Shown piece after piece: positions 1-13,760 of a stretch of 64,000 bases of DNA. Both the position numbers and the translations under genes were made by a program. Numbering within the stretch: the first letter of the stretch is position 1; each line of letters starts with the position of its first letter. This DNA is from Macrostomum lignano (taxonomy: Eukaryota), in contig NIVC01000046.1 of assembly GCA_002269645.1 (NCBI GenBank), forward strand, positions 205,306-269,305. The letters are read 5' to 3'. Below the pieces are notes generated by a model. It worked only from the letters and a program-made list of their open reading frames with translations, was not told where the DNA came from and did no database searches.

Positions 1-1007
1 GTTGTTAGTGAAAACCGTTGCATAAGCTAACACAATAAAAATCTGTGATGGGAGATTTGATTATTGTAATGGTTTTGGGTAGTGTTGTATTTTATGATGT
101 GCTTCTAAGCTATTATGTCTTACGCATAGAAACTAATGTTGCAGAGCTGGTCCTTTAGTATAGCTAAAACAGTTCTGAGAATTGTTAGACTAAGTTTTTA
201 AGCTCGTTGTCTCGTACCGATTTGAATATTCGACAAATGTTTATATAACTCTTAGAGACACTCTTTTTAATTTGTTAGAAGTGTAAGCCATCATTTTTAA
301 TCGAATGATGTTATAAAATCTGTGCGTTTTATAGTATCTCGATGTTGTCTATCAAAAAATGATCTCCAAACTAGCTCTAGTAATATTTGTGCCAAAATGT
401 TTTAAAATACATGCAGGACGACGACGATAAGAGACGAGAAGGTTTGTTGGCACTCAAAAACTTTTTTTAGCATGAAACGAATAAATAGAGCGCGCATTTC
501 TTTCTCACAGAAGAAAACACGAATTTTCTTTTAAATCGACTGACTTTAAACGATTTTTATTAGGCTCTAGCTGTAACAAAATTGAAGTGTGATAAATTGT
601 TGTCGATTTCTTAAGTAACCATTTTAACTTATACATGTCGAGCGATGCATGTCGAAAAATCGGAAAATCATGTCGAATCGATCGCTGCATAGAAGATTCA
701 AACTTTCGCCATAAATAGGATTTTTGGAAAAAGTTTGAAACATGATGAACTTCCTATAATCTGGTATGGCCGATCGAAAACTGCTGTTCATTAAAATCTC
801 AGAAGTCGAAGGACTCTACCACTCGATTTTCTAAGATATGTGTCGAAGGCCGGTAACGAATGTGCATTTGTTGTTTCGCTGGTGCATTTCTAGAACAGCA
901 TGCTTTCAGGAATGAGATTTCTTTTTGGCGAAAAAGAAATTCTAAGCATCCTAAAATACACTAGCAATACGACACATAATTTGGACTAACTACCGCTCTC
1001 CAGCTCA

Positions 1008-1138
1008 CCCCAGCAGCAATCCGACGTCGGCCGACGTTCCATACTCATGACTTTGTTATCCATCGATGAAATAAAAATTAGATATTTCAAAGACATCGGG
1101 AACGTCTGCCGAAGTCGAAGGTCGCATTGCTGTTCGGG
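1008..1138. mobile_element. Small MITE, CCC...GGG termini, 3-bp TSD (CMC/EnSpm-like)
   Basis: Left end CCCCAGCAGCAAT versus reverse complement of right end CCCGAACAGCAAT (11/13). TCA flanks both sides (1005-1007, 1139-1141). Internal GACGTCGG motifs. Confidence 0.65.
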
Positions 1139-1720
1139 TCATTTCTAAGAAAATCGAGTGCAGCGTTCTACGGCAGTAGTCGCTGTAAATGCATCTAAGC
1201 ATGCAACGGTAGAACGCTTACGATAAGAATTAAACAGAAGTAGGAAAATTTCACTACTTTTGGCAACCATCATATGTAAACGACGAATAGAGCGATTTTT
1301 ACGCGCGCTTTATTTAAGTGAGCTTTATAAACGAATTGAGTGATTGAAAAACTCTATGTAATCGTGTAATAATATACCTAATTTATTTTTGACTGAGCTA
1401 ACAAATCTTCCAATAAATAATTATTAAGTGAATTATTACAGAATTGAAAGGCTTTGATTCACTTAATTCAGTACCTTGAAGTGTTGTGATGTGATGTTTT
1501 ATGTAATTGTGAACGTTTTGATTCAAAATTCATACAGTCATTTCTGCTTTTTGCGTCACGATCTCTAACTTGTTTTTTCCTTCACTAACTCGCGTGTGAT
1601 ACTAATGGATAAAAAAATTTTATTTTCCAAATTAAATTAAACAAAATAGGACTATTTGTCTGCATGTTTACAGCAATTTTGCTCATTATCAGCCTTTGGT
1701 CGGACAGTTCAAGACTCAGA

Positions 1721-1905
1721 CCCTTACAGCAATCCGACGTCGGCCAGTGGGCCAACATTGCCGACGCCTATCGACATCTATGACAAACATGTACTTTTAC
1801 ATCGACGTTCAGATAATGTAAACTGTAAAAGCACATATTTGTCATGGACGTCGAGAGACGTCGAGAACGTCGGCTAGACGTCGCCAACGACATATTGTTG
1901 TACGG
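1721..1905. mobile_element. Second MITE of the same family
   Basis: Shares CAGCAATCCGACGTCGGCC with the 1008 element. Imperfect inverted end ATTGTTGTACGG. AGA flanks both sides. Confidence 0.6.
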
Positions 1906-2099
1906 AGAAGCTACACTACCTAGATTTCGGTTACACTTTAGTTAAATTTACCTGATTTTCCCAATATCGAGGACACTTTTTAGGGCACCTGAAGCTCACC
2001 ATTTTTTAAACAAGAAACTAAGAAAACTGAATATAAGAAAACAGAAAGTTCTACAATCGATTTAATTAATGAAAAACAACCGATTGATCAAATCTTTAG

Positions 2100-2231
2100 G
2101 AACGATTTGAAGATGACGACGACAAAGCAGTAGAACTGAGTGACGGAGAGCAGCAACTTCAGCGAAAAGTTACAGCTGGCAAGAGAGCCGCCGTCCTAAC
2201 CAGGCAGGCTACAAAGGAGACGGTCGGATGA
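2100..2231 (+). other. Possible terminal exon of a gene starting outside the window
   Basis: Acceptor TCTTTAG, then an open GC-richer frame ERFEDDDDKAVELSDGEQ...ETVG* in AT-rich surroundings. No recognised homology. Confidence 0.25.
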
Positions 2232-5200
2232 AGCTCCAAGTGTACTTGTTTATCTAATTTAGTAATCTGTTTAGTAAAAAATATTTGCAACCCATGTCGT
2301 TCTGTTTCTTTCAAAATGTATCTGTTGCTCTTTTGTTGTTTCTATATTTTTCGATTATCTATCATGCAGTTTTTGTAATTTTGCGTAGCTACCGATCGAC
2401 TTTATTTGAAAAGACGACTTGATATCCATTCTCGTTTTCGTGAGCCGACATGCAGATTTTGTTGAATTATTAATTGAATTGAGGTTTAAAAGTAGAAAAA
2501 TGAAAACAACTTTATTCTCTAAAAGTTTTTGTTGAAAACCATAAAGCCTAAAAAGCGTTTTAATATTATTACGTTTGTTTTACGCATACATGCACAAAAT
2601 TACAGCGATTAGATGTATGATTTAATAACTGTACCTTTTTGTACACACTGCGTTTTTGTACTCAAAAAGTTGCCTTTGAAATATATTTTGTTTCATTTGG
2701 TTTCGGTTATTGACATAAATATCGCTTGTACTTTTACGAACTAAACATATTGTGCACATTTTTCAGCTTTATGACGGTGTCTAGTAAACAAATTAAATGT
2801 ACTATATTGAGCAAAGTATAATAGATTGTCTCATCATAATCGTTTCTCAACGTCACCGTCAATGTCTTTAAAAACCTTGTAGAATTAATTCTGTTGTAAT
2901 ATAATCAATCTATATTAAGCTGCCATCATTACTGTACATGTGCTAAGTAATTTGTATTATCTCATGATACAGACGAAAAAGAGTATGCGGGAAAAAATTA
3001 AGAGCTACAACATTTGTTAATTACAACACTTAAAAATAAGTACATAAAGTGTATTTTGGTTCGAATTGGGTGGGCTCGGCTGTATATAAGCCTTTGATTG
3101 AATCTTTATTGGCTTATAATGTAGTTACATCAATGAAATATATCGTTGATATATCAAAAAAATTGATGGAAGACATCAATGAACGCTTTGCTGCACCCTA
3201 GTCCTTGCTAAAGCTTAAAGTACATGAATGGTTGATGACAAGAGTAGCTCGTTCACTCTGAATTAGATTAAGTGTAGGTGCTTGCGAGCACAGTGAGAAG
3301 GAAAATCCAATCGAATACTTCATATATTGTTTGTTTTCTTTGATTCGCATTGCAAGCTCGTCAGATAAACAGCTATAAGCTAAAAGGCTTGCCGCCCACC
3401 GAAAGATCGATAATTGAACACCATTTCAATTGCGAACCTTTTTGTCTTACGAGTATAAGAGAACCACAAATGTAGCATTCCATTTGATACTACGCTCGTA
3501 TTAGCTCACACAATCAAGAAGTTCAAGGACGTTTCAAATGTTGAGATTCGACGTTGATGCAGTCCAATCGGAGACTTCCAATAGGTCGAAGTATATAATT
3601 TTAAGGCGCTGCTAAATGAAACCCCTATATGTAAGTCACTGCGAAGCACTGTCATCTTTTGTCTTAAAAATGAAGGGCTACCGCCAAATTTGAACTCCAT
3701 CTTTCCAGAAAACGTAATTGTCCTTTTTGGACCTGTAAAAGCGTCTTGCAAAGTAGTTGGATGAAGCAGAATTTACACTTTTATTATGAAACTGGTCCTC
3801 CAAAGTTTGGAGCAGTGGGACTGCTGCTTGTCAAAGGAGAATACATTTTTTGCCATGACAACAGCGTCTATCCAACTTTTCGACGGATGCCTTAGCCGAA
3901 GAAGAGCGCATTGGTCCTGTTTGTGCCTTGCTGCGTCAGTGAGGGCTTCCCCGGCCTTTTCTCTCATCGGGTTGGCCGGTCGGACTGGGGTTTGGGGGCT
4001 TTATAGGCCTCGCTCTAGTCTGGCTACGGCCTGCCCAGGCCCGGTCAGCTCGTGCGCGGGCCAGCTCTGTTGCCCCACCCTTCCCGCGGCAGCTTGTGAT
4101 TGGCTAGCCAGTTGGGTTGGGTGTACTTGCTTTGTCTGTCGGTTTAACCCTCACCCTTTTTGCTTTGCTATTTATGCGCGCGCCTGTGTCCCACTGACGG
4201 TAGTGAAGTGAATAGCAAAATATACGCAACAGTTAGCGGTGCATTCAGGCGCGTTGTTGGATTTCGACAAACTGCAGGTGCGAGTCTCTTTACTTACCGG
4301 GGTGCCGCGCGTGGAAACGAGTTATGCAGTGAACTCTCGCAGTATTAGAGTAGGAATAGACGGGTTCGCAGCTCCCGGTTCATCCCTGGGGGGGAGGGGG
4401 GGGTACACAGTCCTTTAGTCGAGTTACTGCTGCTTACCGGCAATTGCTCAATGAAGCGATGCACGAAAGACACGTAAAAAACTGACTGTTGGCAAAAATT
4501 TGTTGATTGTAAAGATTGCACTTTTGGACGATATCCCAGTCTTTGCAGGAGATCACTCGAAAGCATTGCTTGTTGGATCCTGCCCTGCTTAGATCGTAAT
4601 TTCTGTCATCAGCAGCAGGACGGTCATCTCAAGTTCAATGCCTACAAAGTCCAGCGACCATGGTCGGATGCATTTATACACTGTGGTGACCACAGCATCC
4701 AAAACTGAGCAGCCGTGCTCCATCGCTAACTACATTACAAATGAGCACAATTTAGCTTCAATACCAACTTTCATTCGATGAAATATCAACTTTCATGCCA
4801 ATGCTCAGGTCACCGCTTTCTCGTAGGCGCTGATTCACAGCTGTTTGGAATTTCACTAGTATGACTTGGAAACGCATCTTGGATTATATTTTAATTATTT
4901 TGACAAGTCCCGAACGTATGAGGATACATTCTGCTTATTTCGAATATTTGTGGATACCGATGATATCGATGGTGAATAAAACTAAATATTTATTTGTTGC
5001 ACGGCATGGTTCGCTGAACCCACAGCATGAGCAGTATTTATTAATGTAGTAATTACTAAATAAAGAGATCGATCAATCTAAGTTTCCAATTGGTTGAAGC
5101 TGAAGTTGGCGAAATATAACTGAATTTTACACATAATAAACTAATTAAGTCTTCGCTTAAAGAGGTTGTCTTACGGCACAGGACAAAAGCCATGCGCAGA

Positions 5201-5492
5201 GGGAGTAAACAGCGGACGGAGAAAAACCGAGAGTATATGAACTCAATTTTTTTAATTTTTCGATGTACAAGTAAAACAAACTTATAAGATCGTATTAGAA
5301 AATGAGTGTCGTCAACGCACATCAAAGATTTCAAACCCTCCCTAAACGTTCAACTAGCAGGGAGAGGCAGCAGTGTGCACCTCAGAATCTTCTAGTTCCA
5401 TCGACTATGTAAATTATGTTTGCGCATTTATAGCTAATCTGTACACCGTGCTCAAATTTATATTTTGCGTCCGTGTTGGTTCTCACTAATTT

Positions 5493-7177
5493 ACTCAGCA
5501 ACATTGAAAAGTCGTCACTCTATGTGCCAGTGAGCAATTTCTCTTGGACTATTCTGAACTAAACGATACGAGAAAACTGATCGGGGTAGCTTTAATCCGT
5601 CTTTAACTTTCGCACACCGCTCCCACACTTCATTTCTCAACTCAAGTCTGCCACGGTGTAGCTATGTTCTGTCACTCGCAGAGATTGAGAGACTTTACCT
5701 GCGCTCTCAAAAGTGGCGACCACAGGTAGAATCTTCTGTGATGGCGAATTTTCGATGTTTCTGAGTATACCTGACGATACTGCGTGTTCAGCGAAACATG
5801 TCGTGCAACAAAGAAAGTTTTAGTTGTATTCGCCATTGGTATCATCGGTTTTCACAATTCCTCGGGAACAAAGATCTGCCCCCCATAGCTTTTACTGAGG
5901 GACATGTCCCCCCCCCCTCGGTGGCGACGCCCCTGCAGATAAGAGAAGCGCACTCAGGATCCGAGCTTTAGTGGAACATCAGTATTGCTGTCGGATCACA
6001 CTCCTTGCTGGCCTAATTTTCCATTGCTCCATCCATTTCCAGACTAACTTTTGAAATCGATCGAAGCTTATAGGGGGTCTATAGTGAAGCGAAAGTCTAA
6101 TGCAATTGTTCTGGTAGCCACAGACTTTAGCCATGCCATGCAGGCGCGTGTCATTAAAAATGAGATCTTTCGGGTATATCTGAATGCGTTAAACAACGGC
6201 TCAATGCTCCGCAGACTTCCATAGTTCTACAGTTGGAATTGCGGAAACTATTTCCACTATTGTGACTTTGTCAAGGAGATGCCGAAGAAAAGCTTTTCTA
6301 ATGTTTTGCATCGTCTTTTAAGCCATGCATCTTTTGCTTTCGGTTGCTGCCCTAAAGATGGTAAAAGTTAGCCCGCACATCCTTGACGGAAGTTAAGCCT
6401 GGGCGGTCTAAAGGAAATCAAGCAAAAATCCCACCAGGAAGCGAGCAACAATTGATCTATTGTTAAGCGTCATGGACTGTTTCCGCAGCTGCAACGTTGC
6501 TTATAGCAGAAGAACCCGCACCTGACTCGATCGCGCCACTAGTTCGATAATTCGATTCCAGATTCCAGCTGCATCAATTTGGGTCTTGTATACGACAATT
6601 AGCAACATGTGTTGTCGTATGATTCCCACGAACGTACACGCATCAGGTCCAACCCCCAGGACAGTGTATATGCCTGATGGTCATAAATTCAGTTTCGCTG
6701 TGTACCCTATGTGAGAGTGTGCATGATTGCGTGCCTGTATACAGTATTTGCGAGCTGGTATGTGTTTAGGAATCAGCTGAATTGGCAGAATTGCCGTTGG
6801 TTGTGTGGGATGATTAATTACAGAGTTGCTTGAGTCCATAGGCAAACAAACTACAGTCATGGAAGAACATAGAGGTGAGAAAGCTACCGTATATTAGTGT
6901 ATACTCAACAACATTGAAAAGTCGCCACTCTATGCGCCAGTGAGTAATTTCTCTTGGACTATTCTGAAATAAAATATACGAGAAAACTGATCGGGGTAGC
7001 TTTAATCCGTACAACCCTCGCACACCGCTCCCCCCACTTCATTCCTCAACTCAAGTCTGCCGCTGTGTAGCTGAGTTGCGTCACTCGCAAAGATTGAGAG
7101 ACTTTACCTGCAATCTGAAAAGTGGCGACCACAGGTGGAATTTTCTGTGATGGCGACTTTTCAATGTTGCTGAGTAT
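5493..7177. repeat. Dispersed direct duplication (~275 bp; 5493-5768 and 6903-7177)
   Basis: Both copies run from CAACATTGAAAAGTCG.CACTCTATG to AAAGTGGCGACCACAGGT.GAAT with scattered substitutions. Confidence 0.85.
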
Positions 7178-7680
7178 TATGTAAAAAGTCAACTTGGGAA
7201 TTAAAAAATTGCAAACGAAGCAAGCGTATGTTTTGTCCAAGGTTGATTCTCATAGTAATTTCAAGCTACAAAGTACCTAGAAGAGTAATGCCGAAATGCG
7301 ATTCCACAAAGCAGCCGTCTCTTTGAAAGCAAAAGCATCCAGAAAAATATAAATAAAAGCGAAAATCCGTACTTTTGAAATGATTCTGTTTTGTTTTACC
7401 ACTCAATGATACTTTTTGAATTTAATCAAATAGAAAAAAATCCGGAAAGTTTAAAATCCATTACTAATGATTTTTCAAGAGGAAGTTATTAAGCGCCAAA
7501 AACAGTACAGAAACGAACGGAACCCTTCAGTTAGATTTTCTGCAATAAAACCAACAGAGCTTTTTAGGTTGAACCTTTATTTGTCTCGAAGATGTGGGAT
7601 TGCGCATCAAGGACGGGTTGATACAGTCTGCTTCAGTCCATGCTCAACTAAGCCAGTCGGTCACCGCACCACTCGCGAGC

Positions 7681-8419
7681 TCAGCCACGTACGAACAGAG
7701 TCCACTCGGGTCCGCTCAGGTGGCCAGGCGGGTACACGAACTCCAGCAGGTGGCAGGCGAGCTCCTGTCGGGAGAAAACGGCGGCCTGGCAGTCGGCTCT
7801 GGCGCTGCACCGGAGCAGGCAGTCCTCGACGGACTGGGCAGCGACAGGCCAGACGGAAGTCGTACCGGATGTCACGGGAGGGCTGGACTGCTTCACTACC
7901 GTGTAGATGTTGTTGTCAGAAACTGAAGTTGAACGAAGATGCAACTTTTCAATAATTAGCATGCTTTCATTCTGGCTATAGGTACTAAGACTTGGAAATC
8001 AAAACAGTACCTGGGTAGCTCAGGGAGAACACGGAGTTTTTGTAGCCGCCGCCACATTTCTGCATTGCGTTTCCCGCGCAATCCCTGCTGCAGTCGGCTT
8101 CGCTCACCAAGCCATGGGATCCGTATGAGTGGCCACAGAAGCACTCTTTTTCGTACTGCACTCCGAAGTACGGGAAGCTGCCTATCGAGCAGATGCCGCT
8201 GCACAGCTCGTGCGACATTTCCGTAGTACTTTTGACTTGTCCATTATCGATATCAAATCCACCAATCTTGCTGATTCCACTGAGCCCGTTCAGGTCTCTG
8301 GGTGACGATCGGTCTCTATAGCATCCCAGGTAGGAGAAGCGGACGAACCTGCAGGTGACGCAAGTTAACAGGAAGGCAGTGCAGAACAGAACGCAGAGAG
8401 TCGCTTCTGGGCGGAACAT
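7681..8419 (-). CDS. Secreted WSC-domain protein with C-terminal PAN/apple-like domain (2 exons: 8419-8011, 7922-7681)
   Basis: Signal-peptide-like MFRPEATLCVLFCTAFLLTCVTC. WSC motifs YLGCYRD, CSGIC, YFGVQYEKECFCG, CSRDCAG...CGG. 88-nt GT-AG phase-1 intron. Exon 2 has SVEDCLLRCSARADCQAAVF...CHL. Confidence 0.85.
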
Positions 8420-8625
8420 TTCACTGCTCGGAGAGATGTTTTTGAGCAGCTGAGTTTGTGGTAAGCAGTTTGGCATCTCCAGTCAGATAGGACTCATTTA
8501 TAGTTATAGCAACTCTGACAGGCAAACATAAAATCGGCCCTATTGGCCCAATCGGGTCTGTTACGAGCGTAGCAATTTTTTTAATAGGTTTATACAGTCA
8601 GTGTACTTTCGGACATTACTCTTTC

Positions 8626-9253
8626 AAAGGGGATGTGTACTTAAGAGTCAAAATGGAGCCTGAAGCATTGGGTCCAGATTTCTCTACGGGACTACGGGAA
8701 TGCGGCAGGGTCAGCGCCGTTGATTGTCGGGAGACGAACCTTCAAAAGGACAGTGGAGCGGATGAGAGCGGCCGGAGCTGATTCTGCTGCATCATTGCAG
8801 TCATGGGGGTAAGGAGGGCGTTGACGTCATGAAGCAGATGACGAGGCAGTAACTGGGGATGAGACGGGAGGATCCTTAGTCGGGGCGGCTGAAGTTGCCG
8901 GCGGCGGGCGATGTTCGACGTGCAGCTGTCCCTCTTCAGCAGAGCCTGTGGTGTGGTCGTTCTGGGACTGATTGATCTGGTCGCCAGATGGGTCGCCAGA
9001 TGACTATGCTAATGCTCTGGTCATATGGTCGTCTTGGTCATCTTGTCATTTAAGTATTTCAAGCTCATAGAGCTTTAAGTTCACATGAAATCCCTATTTA
9101 TCCCATTTCTCCCCATAGAGATCCCCAAATGCTAAAGTGGTCGGGTTTTTGGCATAACGGGAGCTATTGGGCTCCAAATGAAGGGATTGGCTTAGAGAAA
9201 TCTGGACCCAATGCTTCAGGCTCCATTTAGACTCTTAAGTACACATCCCCTTT
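8626..9253. mobile_element. Inverted-repeat (MITE-like) element, ~61-bp arms 8626-8686 / 9193-9253
   Basis: AAAGGGGATGTGTACTTAAGAGTC...CCAGATTTCTCTA is matched by its reverse complement. Weaker outer similarity at ~8530 and ~9290. Confidence 0.7.
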
Positions 9254-9754
9254 TGAGACAATTTTTGACCTTACAGACAATCAAGTCGGCCGATTTTTGC
9301 ATCGCGATCGAGACTCTGCATGAGAGTTCAACTATCAGGTGGAAGCTACTTGTGTCATCGAGGACTTTTAAGGCCTTCGCTTCGCGCTTGGGGGCAACAC
9401 GACAGAGCATGTTCAATTTGTGAAAAGTTATTGATGCTGAACAGTGCCTGGAAGTGACAGTCGGGCTTCATTAATTTAAACGATCAGCTTGCACAAAAGA
9501 ATCTTTGACATTTAATAGTAGGAATAAGTTTCTACTGTTTTATATACTAGGAAATGGTTTCCAGCGTCAAGGCTTGATAAACGACATTACAGTAATTCGA
9601 AGCCGGATGTCCATAGTCACCGATTGAAGGTCCAAAACATCTGCCTAGCTAAAGAACGGTTGCCATTGTCACTAAAGTGCTCATTTTGTCACCCTCTGGG
9701 AACTCAAGAGAAGACACAAGGACTACTTTAGAAGACTACCTAACGAAGTGACTT

Positions 9755-10890
9755 CAGTGGTCCTTGAGAGGACAATGTCTGCTCACTCTAGGTACTCAAG
9801 GGTGGACAATCGGTGCTCATTTGTCACAGATTCTGAGTACTCAATAATAGACAATCTGTCTTCAAAGGTGGGACGATGGTTTATTATTTGCTTATTATTG
9901 TTTATGGCTATGACATCTATTTATTTAACCTAAATTGAGAGCTAAAAAGCCCCCCACACCCCTGGCATTAGTTAGTCTAGTGGTATAGTGGGGGGCTGGC
10001 CGCCCCCAATAGACAATAGACAATAAACTGAGCAAATGCTCTTGAGCAAATGCTCGCACTCTGAGCTGGAGCATTTTCTCGAGGCTGAGTAAATGCTCTG
10101 AGTCCAAGCAAATGCAACAATTCAGTATGAATAAACAAAAAACTCAGACTCAGAGTAATTGCTCAGCCGCTTGAGCAGCAGCCTGGCTACTTTAGGCTTG
10201 AGTTCACTTGAATCTTGACCATAGACTAGGACTTCCATGTGAAAAGAAGAGCCTGATTAAAGAAATAGCAAGAGATTTTTACAAGAGAAAAAATTGAAAC
10301 ACAGTGGCTTTTACCGGCTGAGTCAGCTTTAGAGCGGCCTCAACGTTTTTTGAGCAAATGCTCCGCTCTTTTGTCTATGACCATGTTTTTATTCTTACTG
10401 ACTGGAGCAATTGCTCTGCAGCCGAGAACTTTCTCATGAATCTGAGAAAATACTCTGGAGTATTTACTACTGAGTATTTGCTCCTGAGTAAGAGCTCAGC
10501 TTATTCTTACTGACCTGAGCATTTGCTTGAGTTTGAGCATTTGCTCAGTTTATTCATACGGCCTAATATGTGCCCTCTGTGACAGATTCTGAGTACTCAA
10601 TGGTGGACAATGTGTGCTCACTGACACAGATTCTGAGTACTCAATGGTGGACAATGTGTGCTCACTGTCACAGATTCTGAGTACTCAATGTTGGACAATG
10701 TGTGCTCACTGTCACAGATTCTGAGTACTCAATAATAGACAATATGTGCTCACTGTCACAAATTCTGAGTACTCAATAATAGACAATATGTGCTCACTGT
10801 CACAAATTCTGAGTGCTCAATGATGGATACGAGCGTAATATGTACTCACTGTGCCACGGTTTTCGGGTACTCAATGGTGGACAGTGCTAC
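9755..10890. repeat. 44-bp minisatellite containing palindrome TGAGTACTCA, split by an insertion
   Basis: Unit CTGTCACAGATTCTGAGTACTCAATGGTGGACAATGTGTGCTCA. About 7 copies at 10577-10890 and degenerate copies at 9755-9870. Confidence 0.9.
10023..10562. mobile_element. MITE with GAGCAAATGCTC subterminal repeats (Harbinger-like right end GGCC|TAA)
   Basis: AATAAACTGAGCAAATGCTC (10023) is inverted to GAGCATTTGCTCAGTTTATT (~10537). The left terminus is eroded. Confidence 0.55.
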
Positions 10891-11639
10891 ACTTATTTGC
10901 ACTAAATAGTGCAAAATGAAAAGGCAATCGCATTAAGGATAAAATTTGTAAACCTCAAAAAATCAGTTCAACTTCTGTTAAGGTGTTTATTTTCAACGCG
11001 CCGTGCGTATTAACAGGCGCGACAATTAAACAATCAATCAAACAACAATCCGAGCTGAAATTTCAGACTCGGAGCAGCCTCAAGAGAACTTGAGACCCAT
11101 CCAGAACTACTACTGGAACGACGCTACATCTCTGAGAGAAGTTTACACCAATCGGTAAGCCTTTGTTGAAGTCTTTGTTATTTGGTTAGTTAGAGCTAAG
11201 GGATTAGTAATTACTAAGGGATTGGATACGATCCATTGGACCAATTCCGATACTCTTAAACGATTATCGGTTTATTGATTTGGTACCCTAGAGTAACAGA
11301 TAAGAGCACGCGACTCTGATTCTGTTTTTTCTAGAAGAAGACGCCCTTCCTCGAGGACCTCGTTACTGTCATAGAGTTTATTTTATTAAGAGGGAGCATC
11401 CCTGATTCTGATCACTGAATACGAAGAAGAAACTAATGTCGACGGATTAAAGCGTTACGATTACTAAAACTGCTCTTATACTCGCCCGACTTCAGAATTC
11501 AACCCCTGCGCGCCGTTGGAATCTGACCTACAAGAAGAGGAGCCCGTGAAAAGTAAGTGATCATTCAATTCCGTGCCCAGACAATTGGTCCGGAAGTGCG
11601 AGTTGGTGCATTTAGACACACCGTAATTCCCCCCTCTCT

Positions 11640-13320
11640 CTCTCTATCTATCTATCTACCTCTCTTTCTCTGTCTGAAGCGAACTTTTCACCCGCTTAGC
11701 CACAAGCTCCTCCTGGTCTCCTGGTCCCGTCAGCCGCAACCGCTTCACCACAAGCTCCTCTCGGTCCGTGCACGGCATCCAAAAGCGCACAGACGGCACC
11801 GGATTCACAGCCAGCCTGGGTCTGTCGGACGCTTTGATGAGGCGTGATGTGGCGCTATCCGCTCGATAGTTTCATCAACGTTGGTCTTTAGAAGCTGCGC
11901 ATTCCTTCCTTCGAGGCCGACCCTCTCCATGGCAGTAAGCAAGGCGGACGGGGCGGGACGCGGAAGCGTCCGAGGCGGAGGCGGGAGCTGCTGAGGGCGG
12001 AGGCGACCAACACCCAGCGCACAGCACCAGACGGCCGAGCAGATGAAGCGGTCCGCATTGCCAAAATCAGCCAGCTGAGGCGAGAGGTCGACCGGACGTC
12101 CAGACGCACCAGTTTGTCCAGGGACGTCCCAGCTGGGCCCAAACCCTTCGAAGCATGGCCGACCTGAGACGGACCCGCCTGCCCAGGTGGCTGGCTGCTC
12201 CAGGGCATTTGACCAATCCCAGGTAGAGGACCCTGCAGCCGATGGACGAAGGCTGCCTTCCTGCTGGTCAGGGGGCCCTTTTCGTTGAAGAGGAGCCCAT
12301 GGACACTGGTGATCCCCACCCGAAGCTGGTGGAGCGCCGAGGAGGAGGAGAAACTCCTGACGGCTGCAACGCCCGATCTGCAATGATGCCAGTGTCTACA
12401 CCTGATGTCTGCAGACTAATACCCAGCAATGCGTGGTGGCGTCAGTTAACCTGGTGCGCATGACAGAGCAGTAGCTCCCTGGATGACTAAAGGTAAGCCA
12501 ATTAATGTACCGTCCGGCTACCACGCACTGTTTTTGCATGGCAGACTCCCAGCCTCGCTCAAGATCTTTGGTTTTTGCTGCAAAAGCTTTTGAGGCATGA
12601 ATTAGACCTGACCCTTGGACTGTAGGGACATCTGTGTTTTTGAATCAATAACCTACTTCCCAATAAATATGCGCTGGTATAGCATCCGTCTACTTTTCGC
12701 GCGACAGTGTTCTGCGACGCGCTAGCTTGACTACGCCGTGTCCCATCAGTTCGAGCTGCTCATTGAAAGGAAATTAAATGCGCACCACATGCATTGGGGG
12801 TAGCAAGAACACCAACAACAGAGGCGAAGAACTGCTGGTCTAAGTCAAAAGCAACGTGGACAGTGTACTCACGTCATCGAAGTCATCGACACCACCATCG
12901 CCTCACCCGGACTACTACATGTATTCGCAGTTACATGTCGGGTTAGCGAAATTGTAGGACGAAGACTCGCTCTCGGACCACCGTTTTATCCGCTTTTGCA
13001 TCGGGCTGACCAAGCAAAAGCCAAAGGTCACATGTAGTCAGAATGTCATAAATATCAACTGTGCCGTTTTTGTCTCAAAGCTGAGCTATGGCCCCCCAGG
13101 GACCTCTGACTGCCAGGACGTGGCTGATCTCGCCTCCTCCCTGGACGCCGGGCGATCACCACTACCTACGAGGCAGCCTGCCCTCTAAAAGCCTATGAGT
13201 ACAAATTAGGCAAGGAATCCGCTCCCTGGTGGAGCTCGGGGGGCGGCCCTTTGAGATGAGACAAAAGTGAAGAGTTTACGGGAGTGGTGACCACTTCCCA
13301 GCAAGCATGGGAACAGAATT
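11640..13320 (+). mobile_element. Decayed non-LTR retrotransposon fragment (ORF1 remnant + APE endonuclease), R1/LOA-like
   Basis: Interrupted + frames give NAHHMHWGSKNTNNRGEELL (~12775-12840) and EDSLSDHRFIRF (~12960-12995), which are APE motifs. Stops and frameshifts present. Confidence 0.75.
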
Positions 13321-13399
13321 TAGCGATCACTTACTTTTGCGGGCTCCTCTTCTTCGTCGTGCAGGTCCGCAGAGCTCGTTTCCACAATGTAGTTGTCCT

Positions 13400-13760
13400 C
13401 AATGAGAGGAGATGAGAGAGGAGAGTAGAGGATGGAAGAGAAAAGAGAGACGAAAGGAGAGAGAAGACAGCTGAGAAGAGACACCAACCTTGATCGGGCC
13501 AGATTGCTATTGTAAAGTTTCACAGCACCCGAGGGCCGGATTGAGCGGGCCGGAGTCTGCCGACCCCTGCATCTGCAATAAAGCAATCTTCTCTTTGCTT
13601 TTAATCGTTATTTAATCGATGATCTCAAAATCAGTTTTTTGGTCAGTTAATAAATTAAATTTGACTCGACGATAGAAAGTTTAAATATTCGCTGAAGTAG
13701 GTCACTTTTGTTAAAGTTACTGACGATCGCTTTAAATGTTTGAATATCCACCCTACCGGC
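13400..13760. repeat. Interspersed repeat, second copy at ~25800-26185
   Basis: Shared GA-rich tract, GAAGACAGCTGAGAAGAGACACCAACCTTGATCGGGCCAGATTGCTA and downstream AT-rich block in both copies. Confidence 0.85.

Noticed and set aside
5056-6200. MULE transposase (CVDDTH and HACMAW-like motifs)
   Set aside because: The motifs are in the wrong order for a minus-strand MULE and too degenerate.
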